From Gammaproteobacteria bacterium (GTDB lineage: Bacteria > Pseudomonadota > Gammaproteobacteria > Ga0077554 > Ga007554), in contig SBBG01000029.1 in the NCBI GenBank assembly GCA_005240065.1, positions 3,222 to 27,221 of the forward strand: a DNA stretch of 24,000 nucleotides, read 5' to 3'. The notes beneath the pieces are model-generated. The model was not told the DNA's origin. It did no database searches and saw only the letters and a program-made list of their open reading frames with translations. Positions 8,517-15,805 of this stretch are shown in pieces. Positions within the stretch are counted from its first letter, which is position 1, and every line of letters starts with the position of its first letter. The translations under genes were made by a program, and so were the position numbers.

Positions 8517-9662
8517 TTAAAACTTGTAGATGGCTTGCAAAGCGATAGAGTTTTGATTGTCCGTGGCCGTGCCGTCGCTCTTCAGGAAGCTCTTTTTGTC
8601 GGACTTGTCCGCGCGCACTTCCGCCCGCAGCTCCACATTCTCGCTCGGCATGTGGGCCAGCGTCAGCGTGGCCTCGTCCCATTTCTGCACCACGCCGGTG
8701 CGGTAGCCGTCCTTGTCGTCGAAGGTTTCGGCACGCAGCGCCACCCGCCACTTGTCAGCGAACTTATAATTCGCATAACCGGCCACGCCCTGCCACTTGG
8801 CCTTCTGTCCCACTGTCACGGCATCTTCCTGAGTGCCGTAGTCGTAGTTGAGGATGAAGCTCAAAGCGTCGGTGGCGTTCCAGGTGGCGACGAGGTCGAG
8901 CAGGTTGCGCAGGCCAAGATTGCCTGTGGGCGATGTGCTTGCGCTGTCGGAGTATTCCTTGCCGCTATGGAGCGAGCCGGCCAGAAGCAGGGGCTTGACG
9001 GGGTTGGCGGAGAAGCCGACTTCCAGAGTCTTGTTGTGATTGTTGTCCTTCTGCGCGTCCCAGCCGTTGTTGACGCCGGCCATCAGCGACAGCTTGTCGT
9101 TGACGGTGTAGGTCAGCCGCGCGCCGGTGTGGGCGAAGGGAATGGCGTAGCCGAACAAGATGGAGCGCGAAAAGTTCAGATTGTTGGGACTCTTGATCAC
9201 CTCGGCGCCCGCCATCGTGACGAATTTACCGGCGATCACCATCAGCGGGCCGTTGGCGTAGTGGACGTAGGCCTGTTGCACCTCTTTGGTGTTACCGGGA
9301 CCGGCAGCGGCGACCACGTCGGCATCCGGTCCGAAGTTGAGATTGACCAAGCCGCCAAACCCGTTGGAAGGCAGCTTGGATACCGTCACGTCGATCATTT
9401 GCAGATTGAAGCTGTTGCGCGTGGTGTCGAAGACGCGGTTGGAGCCAAGGACGCTTCCTGTGGTGGGATCAACGAAATTGCCCTTGCCCGACAGATAAGT
9501 GTACGCAGTATCGACATACCCCGACACATTGATCCCCGACGCCCCCATGATCTGCCCCAGGCTGGGCACGCCAGGCTTGTCCGCCATTTTCTCCTCCGCC
9601 GCAAACGCGGGCACGCTGGCGAGCAGCCCGATGGCGGCAACGGTATTTTTGACTTTGCTCAT
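8517..9662 (-). CDS. Outer-membrane beta-barrel porin (OmpL-like / BBP2-type), first gene of the porin-glnK-amtB cluster
   Basis: The ORF is 8517..9713. I prefer the ATG at 9662, which has GAGGG upstream. The signal peptide is MSKVKNTVAAIGLLASVPAFA. The sequence has alternating beta-strand character and ends in the OMP signature ..LQAIYKF. Confidence 0.8.
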   Translation of the reverse strand: MSKVKNTVAAIGLLASVPAFAAEEKMADKPGVPSLGQIMGASGINVSGYVDTAYTYLSGKGNFVDPTTGSVLGSNRVFDTTRNSFNLQMIDVTVSKLPSNGFGGLVNLNFGPDADVVAAAGPGNTKEVQQAYVHYANGPLMVIAGKFVTMAGAEVIKSPNNLNFSRSILFGYAIPFAHTGARLTYTVNDKLSLMAGVNNGWDAQKDNNHNKTLEVGFSANPVKPLLLAGSLHSGKEYSDSASTSPTGNLGLRNLLDLVATWNATDALSFILNYDYGTQEDAVTVGQKAKWQGVAGYANYKFADKWRVALRAETFDDKDGYRTGVVQKWDEATLTLAHMPSENVELRAEVRADKSDKKSFLKSDGTATDNQNSIALQAIYKF

Positions 9663-9734
9663 GATTTTCCCTCGTGGTTTACTGGTCAGGCGATGATTTA
9701 AAATCCATATCACTGCATTCCTGGTGCTGGTTTA

Positions 9735-9749
9735 GCAGATTTTGTGCCA
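9735..9749 (-). promoter_or_regulatory. Putative sigma54 (-24/-12) promoter for porin-glnK-amtB
   Basis: The minus strand reads TGGCACaaaatcTGC, against the consensus TGGCAC-N5-TTGC. The GG and GC spacing is correct. It lies ~75 nt upstream of the porin ATG. Confidence 0.6.
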
Positions 9750-9811
9750 TTGAAAATTATTCTTCATAATCAAAACAATTTGCTATTTAGCTCAAGGTGG
9801 CCGGTGAGTCG

Positions 9812-9861
9812 CGCACCATATTTGCGCGCTCCGGGAGCGGCTAGCGCACTTTTTTGGTGCA
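9812..9861 (-). promoter_or_regulatory. Two putative NtrC (NRI) enhancer sites
   Basis: Against the consensus TGCACC-N5-GGTGCA, site 9845-9861 (cGCACt-ttttt-GGTGCA) matches 10 of 12 positions. Site 9812-9828 (cGCACC-atatt-tGcGCg) matches 8 of 12. Their centres are 33 bp apart and lie ~70-110 bp upstream of the sigma54 element, with an AT-rich tract between. Confidence 0.45.
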
Positions 9862-9920
9862 CAAGGGGCTGATGTGCTTGAAAAAGGCGTGTGTTCGTTT
9901 CCGGGAACGGCTGACGGGGG

Positions 9921-9949
9921 GAAACTTCTCGTCTATCCTGTAATCATAA
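9921..9949 (+). promoter_or_regulatory. Possible extracytoplasmic-stress sigma (RpoE/AlgU-type) promoter for the DegP/DegQ-like gene
   Basis: GAAACTT-N16-TCATAA, against the sigmaE consensus GGAACTT-N16-TCAAA. It lies ~90 nt upstream of the ATG at 10039. Confidence 0.35.
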
Positions 9950-9966
9950 GGGAGCGCAGATTTAAT

Positions 9967-10006
9967 CCCCCCCTCATCCCGGCCTTCTCCCTGAGGGAGA
10001 AGGGGG
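9967..10006. repeat. REP-like element, family B, copy 2
   Basis: ccccccctcatcccggccttctccctgagggagaaggggg contains the hairpin ccttctccc-tga-gggagaagg. It is in the same orientation as copy 1 and nearly identical to it. Confidence 0.75.
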
Positions 10007-10038
10007 TGTTTTTAGGATGATGAATAAGGTCTCTCGTA

Positions 10039-11406
10039 ATGAAAACAAAATTCGTTTTTGCCGTCGCGTTGCTTGCGGCGATGGGTGCATTCTCTTTGCC
10101 GGTCTCGGCCATGCTGCCCGCACTGGACAGTCAGGGCGCGGCATTGCCCACCCTGGCGCCGATGATCGAAAAGACCTCTCCGGCGGTGGTCAACATCGCC
10201 ACCCGCGGCCGTGTCAGGGTGCAGGACAATCCGCTGATGCAAGACCCGTTCTTCCGCCGCTTCTTCGGCGTACCCGACGCGCCGCGTGAACGTCCCACGC
10301 AAAGCCTGGGTTCGGGGGTGGTGGTGGATGCCGCCAAGGGTTATGTGCTGACCAACAATCATGTCATCGACAAGGCCGACGAGATCACCGTCACCCTGCG
10401 TGACGGCCGCAGCCTCAGCGCCAAGGTGGTGGGGCGCGATCCCGAGGCCGATGTGGCAGTGATCCAGGTGCCAGCGCAGAATCTCACGGCACTGCCGCTG
10501 GCGGATTCGGACAAGCTGCGTGTTGGCGATTTCGTCGTCGCCATCGGCAATCCTTTCGGTCTGGGGCAAACCGTCACCTCCGGCATCGTCAGCGCACTGG
10601 GGCGCACCGGCTTGGGGATAGAGGGTTATGAGAATTTCATCCAGACCGATGCATCCATCAATCCCGGTAATTCCGGTGGCGCGCTGGTCAATCTACGCGG
10701 CGAGCTGGTGGGCATCAACACCGCCATCCTCGCGCCCGGTGGCGGCAATGTCGGCATCGGCTTCGCCATCCCCACCAACATGGCGCGCGACATCATGCGC
10801 CAGCTCGTCACCTTCGGCGAGGTCAAGCGCGGCCGGCTCGGTGTGGCAATGCAAGATCTGACCCCGGAACTGGCCAAGGCGTTCAACATCAAGGAACCGT
10901 CCGGCGCCATCGTCGCCAGGGTCGAGAAGGAGTCTCCCGCGGCGAAGGCCGGCCTGGAGGAAGGGGATGTCGTCGTCAGCGTCAATGGCAACCCGGTGCG
11001 CAGCGCGGCCGAGGTACGCAATACCGTTGGCCTGCTGCGCGTGGGCGATAAGGTCGCGCTCGGTGTGGTGCGCGACGGCAAGCCGCGCACTGTCACCGTC
11101 CAGCTCGGCCAACCGTCGCAACCCGCCAGGGCGGACATGGGCGAACTCCACCCGCGCCTGGCCGGCGCCACCCTTGGTCCCATTGAGAACGACTCGCCCC
11201 TGCGTGGCCAGGGCATGGCCGTGCTCGACGTCGAACCCGGCAGCCGCGCCTGGAACGCCGGTCTGCGCAAGGATGATTTGATTCTTTCCATCAACCGTCA
11301 GCCGGTGCGCAATCTCGAAGAGCTGAACCGCGCCGTCAAAAGCGCGCGGCGACTACTGCTCAATATCCGCCGTGGGGGTGGGGGGCTGTTTTTGGTGATT
11401 CAATAG
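10039..11406 (+). CDS. Do/HtrA-family periplasmic serine endoprotease (DegP/DegQ/MucD-like) with two PDZ domains
   Basis: 455 aa with a signal peptide. The catalytic triad contexts are TNNHVI, DVAVIQV and GNSGGALVN. Two PDZ-like blocks follow (GAIVARVEKESPAAKAGLEEGDVV and VLDVEPGSRAWNAGLRKDDLIL). Confidence 0.92.
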   Translation: MKTKFVFAVALLAAMGAFSLPVSAMLPALDSQGAALPTLAPMIEKTSPAVVNIATRGRVRVQDNPLMQDPFFRRFFGVPDAPRERPTQSLGSGVVVDAAKGYVLTNNHVIDKADEITVTLRDGRSLSAKVVGRDPEADVAVIQVPAQNLTALPLADSDKLRVGDFVVAIGNPFGLGQTVTSGIVSALGRTGLGIEGYENFIQTDASINPGNSGGALVNLRGELVGINTAILAPGGGNVGIGFAIPTNMARDIMRQLVTFGEVKRGRLGVAMQDLTPELAKAFNIKEPSGAIVARVEKESPAAKAGLEEGDVVVSVNGNPVRSAAEVRNTVGLLRVGDKVALGVVRDGKPRTVTVQLGQPSQPARADMGELHPRLAGATLGPIENDSPLRGQGMAVLDVEPGSRAWNAGLRKDDLILSINRQPVRNLEELNRAVKSARRLLLNIRRGGGGLFLVIQ

Positions 11407-11410
11407 GAAT

Positions 11411-11597
11411 GGGCAGGCAGGTTTGATCTGAAGGAAGCTCTGAATAATTCCATCCTGGAATTCTCAGGGCACGAAAAGCAAAAATGCGATTTTTGCTTTT
11501 CTCCATTTTTCAATCACTTGTGGTGATTGAAAAATGCCGGCACATCCATGTGCCTCGGAACCTCTGACACGTCAGAGGTTCCTGCAAAACCTGCCCT
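11411..11597. other. Cluster of five adjacent perfect hairpins enclosed by an outer inverted repeat (candidate structured ncRNA or mosaic palindromic element)
   Basis: H1 is 11437-11470, H2 is 11473-11501 (13-bp stem) and H3 is 11504-11536 (14-bp stem). H4 is 11539-11554 (7 bp) and H5 is 11557-11582 (11-12 bp). The outer arms are gggcagg..tttg at 11411-11425 and caaaacctgccc at 11585-11596. Confidence 0.6.
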
Positions 11598-11605
11598 TCC
11601 ATTTC

Positions 11606-11655
11606 GTAGGGTGCGTCTCACGCACCACACGGCTGGTGCGTGAGACGCACCCTAC
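11606..11655. repeat. REP-like palindrome, family A, copy 2
   Basis: Perfect 22-bp stem gtagggtgcgtctcacgcacca / tggtgcgtgagacgcaccctac with a 6-nt loop. It lies 19 nt downstream of the sat stop. Confidence 0.88.
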
Positions 11656-11673
11656 ACATCTCTGACGGATAGG

Positions 11674-12891
11674 CTATCTGGCCGAATGCCCCGTCAGCTT
11701 CACCTCCACCCTTTCCTCTTCCTTCAGATTGGCGTAGTAATCGCGCAATATTGCCAGCACCTCCGGGCGTGAAAACTCGGCGGGAACGTCGCCGCCTTCG
11801 GACAATGCCTTGCGCAGTTTGGTGCCCGAGAGCAGCAGGCGGTCACTTGGTTCATGCGGACAGGTGCGCGCCGAGGCCATGCCGCCGCATTTGTAGCAGT
11901 GGAAGGTCCAGTCGATCTTGAGCGGTTTGGTTTCCAAGGCGCCGGTGGGAATTTCGTCGAAGATGTGCTGGGCGTCGAAGGCGCCGTAGTATTCGCCGAC
12001 GCCAGCGTGGTCGCGGCCGACGATGAGGTGCGAGCAACCGTAGTTCTGACGGAACAGGGCGTGCAGCAGGGCCTCGCGCGGGCCGGCGTAGCGCATGTCG
12101 AGCGGGTAGCCGGCCTGGATCACGGTGTTCTTGACGAAGTAATTGTCGATCAGGGTGCTAATGGCGTTGCTGCGCACGTCGGCGGGGATGTCGCCGGGTT
12201 TGAGCTTGCCGAGCAGCGAGTGGATCAGCACGCCGTCGCAGATTTCGATGGCGATCTTGACCAGGTATTCGTGCGAGCGGTGCATCGGGTTGCGGGTCTG
12301 GAACGCGACCACGGTGCTCCAGCCCTTGGCCTCAAACTGGGCGCGGGTCTGGGCGGGTGTCAGGTAGGTGTCGGCGAAGCGGGTCGGGAAATCGCCCTCG
12401 GACAGCACTTTCACCGGGCCGGCGAGATTGATTTCGCCTTGCGCCATGACCATCTTCACGCCGGGATGCTCGGGATCGGTGGTCTTGAACACCATGACGC
12501 ACTCGTGCTCCTTGTCGATGGTGTATTTTTCGGTGACGCGCATGGTGGCCATGATCTCGCCGGTTTCGTCACTCACCAGTGCGATTTCGGCGCCGGTCTT
12601 GATGCCGTCGGCGGTGGACGTGCCGGTGGACAGGGTGATGGGGATGGGCCAGAACAGGCCGTTGGCCATGCGGTAACCGTCGCACACGCCTTCCCAGTCG
12701 GCACGGGTCATGAAGCCTTCCAGCGGGGTGAAGCCGCCGATGCCCATCATGATCAGGTCACCGGCCTCGCGCGAGGTGATTTGTACCTTGGGCAGGCTCT
12801 GGGCGCGGGCGAGTTCTTCCTCGCGGGCCTTGCCTTGCAGCAGCAGCGGTTTGAGCTCTCCACCGCCGTGGGGTTTGACGAGTTTGGACAT
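11674..12891 (-). CDS. sat: Sulfate adenylyltransferase (homo-oligomeric ATP sulfurylase)
   Basis: 405 aa with AAGGAA upstream of the ATG. The motifs are [14 protein letters not shown] and VGRDHAGVG, and the PUA-like N-terminus is [18 protein letters not shown]. Confidence 0.93.
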   Translation of the reverse strand: MSKLVKPHGGGELKPLLLQGKAREEELARAQSLPKVQITSREAGDLIMMGIGGFTPLEGFMTRADWEGVCDGYRMANGLFWPIPITLSTGTSTADGIKTGAEIALVSDETGEIMATMRVTEKYTIDKEHECVMVFKTTDPEHPGVKMVMAQGEINLAGPVKVLSEGDFPTRFADTYLTPAQTRAQFEAKGWSTVVAFQTRNPMHRSHEYLVKIAIEICDGVLIHSLLGKLKPGDIPADVRSNAISTLIDNYFVKNTVIQAGYPLDMRYAGPREALLHALFRQNYGCSHLIVGRDHAGVGEYYGAFDAQHIFDEIPTGALETKPLKIDWTFHCYKCGGMASARTCPHEPSDRLLLSGTKLRKALSEGGDVPAEFSRPEVLAILRDYYANLKEEERVEVKLTGHSAR

Positions 12892-13003
12892 GGCTTTTCC
12901 TTACACTATGGACGTTGTTTGACGATATTGTAACCGATTGTGTTGCGGGCAGAAGAGTGAGATTATTAGCCGGCAAGAATCATCTTTCTTCCTGCGAGAA
13001 AAT

Positions 13004-13528
13004 ATGATGAAAAAATATTGGCTGTGTTTATCCGGCGCTACGGCTGCGCTGTTTGCCACGGTTATTTCCGGTTGCGGAATGCCCGGCATCAACATGACCA
13101 AGGTCGAGCCGAATCATCCCTTGCTGGAGCAGGGCGCGGGGCAGTCCGCCACGGTCTATTTCATCCGCCCCAACACCGAGCGCGCCATGGGTTTTCCCGA
13201 TAATCCGCTGAGCATCGAGCTGGATCAGGAAAGGCTGTTGTCGCTGGGCAAGGGTGAATACACCATGGTGCGCCTCAAGCCCCGTCCGGCCGTGATCATG
13301 ACACTGCGTTCCAAGACCGCCATCGGTCCGAACTGGATCATCAAGGAGCTGTCGAGAGACAAGAAGTGGACGTTCGCTGGTGGAGAGACGTATTACATCG
13401 TCCTCAAACCCGTGGACGGCGAGTTCCGCGGCGTGTATTTCGTGGCCGAGAATGTCGACCCGTTCATCGCAAGAGAAACGGCCAAGCCGCTACACGCCGT
13501 GGGTGCGGCGCGATCCGCGCCTTTGTGA
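13004..13528 (+). CDS. Hypothetical lipoprotein
   Basis: The ORF is 12938..13528. I prefer the ATG at 13004, which gives MMKKYWLCLSGATAALFATVISGC with a lipobox (ISGC). No family is confidently recognised. Confidence 0.6.
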   Translation: MMKKYWLCLSGATAALFATVISGCGMPGINMTKVEPNHPLLEQGAGQSATVYFIRPNTERAMGFPDNPLSIELDQERLLSLGKGEYTMVRLKPRPAVIMTLRSKTAIGPNWIIKELSRDKKWTFAGGETYYIVLKPVDGEFRGVYFVAENVDPFIARETAKPLHAVGAARSAPL

Positions 13529-13544
13529 TCGTTTTGTTCCGCTG

Positions 13545-13611
13545 GTAGGGTGCGTTTCACGCACCATTACTCCCCTTGGCAATATGCCATGGTGCGCGTG
13601 GCGCACCCTAC
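13545..13611. repeat. REP-like palindrome, family A, copy 3 (degenerate, long loop)
   Basis: The left arm gtagggtgcgtttcacgcacca (13545-13566) pairs with the right arm tggtgcgcgtggcgcaccctac (13590-13611). The outer 10 bp and inner 7 bp pair, the middle is mismatched, and the loop is 23 nt. Confidence 0.75.
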
Positions 13612-13626
13612 AGTTGGCTATTTGAA

Positions 13627-14307
13627 GTGCATATCATCCTCCTCGCGCTACTTGGCATCCTGCTGGTTTTCGGTCCGCAATTCTGGGCGCAGTATGTTCT
13701 CCGGCGCCATAGCAAGCATCAGGATCACTTCCCCGGCACCGGCGGCGAACTGGCGCGGCATCTGCTGGACAGGCAGGGTTTGTTGAACGTGCGGGTGGAG
13801 CAGACCGACAGCGGCGATCATTATGATCCGCTCGAAAAGTGCGTCCGTCTCACCCCATCCAATCTCAATGGCAAATCCCTCACCGCCGTGGCGGTGGCGG
13901 CGCACGAGGTGGGGCATGCGATTCAGGATCATACGGACTATGGGCCGCTGAAAATGCGTACCAATCTGGTGCAGATAGCGCAACGCACGGAAAAGATCGC
14001 CTCTGGCGCGATGCTGATTCTGCCGGTGGTGGTAGCGCTGGCGCGTTCGCCTGCGGCGGGTTTCGCGCTGTTCCTCGCCGGTTTTGCCGGATTTGCCCTG
14101 TCCACCCTGGTGCATCTCGTCACCCTGCCGGTGGAGTGGGATGCCAGTTTCGGCCGGGCGTTGCCGCTGCTGCACAATTACATCTCGCAACAAGAAGAAC
14201 GCGCCGCGCGGCGTATCCTGCGCGCCTGCGCCTTCACCTACGTGGCCGGCTCGCTGGCCAGTTTGTTCAACCTCTGGCGCTGGATGACGGTTTTGTGGCG
14301 TAAATAG
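13627..14307 (+). CDS. Zinc metallopeptidase, YugP / Zn_peptidase_2 family (membrane)
   Basis: The motif is AAHEVGHAIQD. An N-terminal TM helix and C-terminal TM helices are present. The track ORF starts at 13576, inside the REP-A3 loop. I prefer the in-frame GTG at 13627, so the protein starts at the TM helix (V)HIILLALLGILLVF. Confidence 0.8.
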   Translation: MHIILLALLGILLVFGPQFWAQYVLRRHSKHQDHFPGTGGELARHLLDRQGLLNVRVEQTDSGDHYDPLEKCVRLTPSNLNGKSLTAVAVAAHEVGHAIQDHTDYGPLKMRTNLVQIAQRTEKIASGAMLILPVVVALARSPAAGFALFLAGFAGFALSTLVHLVTLPVEWDASFGRALPLLHNYISQQEERAARRILRACAFTYVAGSLASLFNLWRWMTVLWRK

Positions 14308-14382
14308 GCGATAATCCTGAAAACGGCGATGGGTGGGATTCGTTGAGAGGGTCGCACGCCCCAGCCCCAAGGATATGCCGGC

Positions 14383-14901
14383 TCAAAACCTGGTGTAGAT
14401 TGAAATGCCGCTTTGACTTGCCCTCGTTTCGCCCGCCTTGAAGATTTCGTGCTCGACGCGAAAGCCGAGACTCTGTGCTGGCTCGTACTCGAAACCAAAG
14501 CTGTAACTCAGATCAACCCCCTCATTATTTCCAGAGGGCTTTCTATTTGACATCTCCGTCTGCCATCGATGAATCCCCAATCCGGCGGACAACCGAAATT
14601 TTGATGCCACGGGAATGAAAAACATCCAGTTGATTTGGATCGTTCCGCCTTTGAAAGCTGTACCATCTTTTGCGCCAACCTCGCCAAGGCTGATGTAGGC
14701 TGCTTCCAAGGCGTCGTATTTACCGAATTTATACCCAAGATAGGCTTTGTATCCCGGGCTGTTTTCCTTCATCTCGAATCCTTTTCCAGTGATTCTGGAC
14801 CGGCTGGCTCCCGCGCCTGTATACCAGGATTTTTCCGCCGCGCGGGTTTCGCTGGTCACGAAGAGAACGATAGGCAGAGCTGCGATGATTGGGATAACCA
14901 T
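14383..14901 (-). CDS. Small outer-membrane beta-barrel protein (OmpA-like / OmpX-type 8-strand class)
   Basis: The ORF is 14383..14982. I prefer the ATG at 14901, giving signal peptide MVIPIIAALPIVLFVTSETRAA. The sequence has alternating aromatic strands (YKAYLGYKF, LSYSFGFEY) and a C-terminal IYTRF. Confidence 0.7.
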   Translation of the reverse strand: MVIPIIAALPIVLFVTSETRAAEKSWYTGAGASRSRITGKGFEMKENSPGYKAYLGYKFGKYDALEAAYISLGEVGAKDGTAFKGGTIQINWMFFIPVASKFRLSAGLGIHRWQTEMSNRKPSGNNEGVDLSYSFGFEYEPAQSLGFRVEHEIFKAGETRASQSGISIYTRF

Positions 14902-14991
14902 TGATCTTCGAGGGAGTGCGGCTTCCCGCCTTTGGTGACCGATACAAGCGGCGGGCGTGGTTTTGTAGATGTCATCTTTCATGGATGCCTT

Positions 14992-15297
14992 TTAAACCCA
15001 TATATCCTTTCGATACCGCTGATGGAAGGGCTCTCGATGCGGGATCAACATGGAGATGAATCTCTTACGGCAATCATTACTGTTGTACGTGAAAAGATCG
15101 CTCCGCAGCATGGTGGTGAAACCAGGATAAACGCCCTCTTCTCCATTGGGGAATCTGTTTAAATAAAGATGCACGATGGAATCCGGCCATGTATCTTTCG
15201 AATACACTTCGCCCATGCGATGCTGCTCGTCCGCCAGAGCGAGAATGCTGCTCGAAAACGCCACCCAATCACGTAATGCCTCTATCAACTCCGGCAT
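14992..15297 (-). CDS. Hypothetical protein (orphan, no recognised family)
   Basis: The ORF is 14992..15384. The internal ATG at 15297 has GGAG 9 nt upstream, giving MPELIEALRDWVAF.. (101 aa). The region is low in G+C relative to the left half of the window. Confidence 0.4.
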   Translation of the reverse strand: MPELIEALRDWVAFSSSILALADEQHRMGEVYSKDTWPDSIVHLYLNRFPNGEEGVYPGFTTMLRSDLFTYNSNDCRKRFISMLIPHREPFHQRYRKDIWV

Positions 15298-15466
15298 GAT
15301 GATTCTCCAGCCCACCCCGAGGCAGCATAACTGACGGAGGTGAGCAAGGACGGATGAGAATTTGGTGTGTCGCAACTTCGCCATTTCTCATCCGCCAGTA
15401 TTACTCCGCCAAAAGGGCCTGGCGGAATGCCATCGTGGAGATGTAAAGTACCATTCATATAGGGCA

Positions 15467-15805
15467 TCAACCATGCTGCCCCACCGTGGAAAATAACGTG
15501 AGCAGTACCGTGCCGCCCACGATCATCACCATGCCTGCGATTTCCGTCCAGCCCAGCCTCTCGCCGAACAGGATGACACCGAACAATGCGGAACCCACGA
15601 TGCCCATTCCGGCCCAGATAGCGGCGGTGATGCCAAGGGGCAGCACCTTCAACGCCAGCGCGAATTGCCAAAAACTCAATGCGTAGGCGATCACCACGAC
15701 CAGTGATGGTACGGCCCGAGTCAATCCATCGGAATATTTCAACGCGACACTGCCGGCGATTTCCGCAACGATCGCTCCTAAAAGAAGTAAATAGGCGCTA
15801 AACAT
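15467..15805 (-). CDS. SMR-family multidrug efflux transporter (EmrE/QacE-like)
   Basis: 112 aa with four TM helices. The conserved membrane Glu lies in GAIVAEIAGSVALKYS, and the sequence is colinear with E. coli EmrE (..AIWAGMGIVGSALFG..). Its start overlaps the TetR stop by 8 nt. Confidence 0.9.
   Translation of the reverse strand: MFSAYLLLLGAIVAEIAGSVALKYSDGLTRAVPSLVVVIAYALSFWQFALALKVLPLGITAAIWAGMGIVGSALFGVILFGERLGWTEIAGMVMIVGGTVLLTLFSTVGQHG

Noticed and set aside
8535-9701. 388-aa + strand ORF opposite the porin
   Set aside because: The minus-strand frame has a signal peptide, beta-barrel periodicity and a C-terminal Phe. The + frame has none of these and is a shadow.
11411-11445. GAAGGAAGC in gggcaggcaggtttgatctgaaggaagctc, considered as SRP (4.5S) RNA domain IV
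   Set aside because: Only this short motif matches. The flanking conserved SRP sequence (..GGUCCG..AGCAGCC..) and the long complementary 3' strand are absent.
11484-11567. 27-codon hydrophobic sORF (MRFLLFSIFQSLVVIEKCRHIHVPRNL) inside the hairpin cluster, considered as a type I toxin
   Set aside because: There is no Shine-Dalgarno sequence, and the hydrophobic stretch of ~14 aa is too short for a TM helix. The reading frame is a by-product of the AT-rich palindromes H2 and H3.
11854-12933. 359-aa + strand ORF opposite sat
   Set aside because: The sat frame carries the [11 protein letters not shown] and GRDHAG motifs. The opposite frame is a shadow ORF.
13576-13626. N-terminal extension MAICHGARGAPYSWLFE of the metallopeptidase ORF
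   Set aside because: These codons are the loop and right arm of REP-A copy 3. YugP-family proteins start at the first TM helix, which matches the GTG at 13627.
13648-14370. 240-aa minus-strand ORF opposite the zinc metallopeptidase
   Set aside because: The HEVGH motif and TM pattern support the + frame. The minus frame is Arg/Gln/His-rich with no signature.
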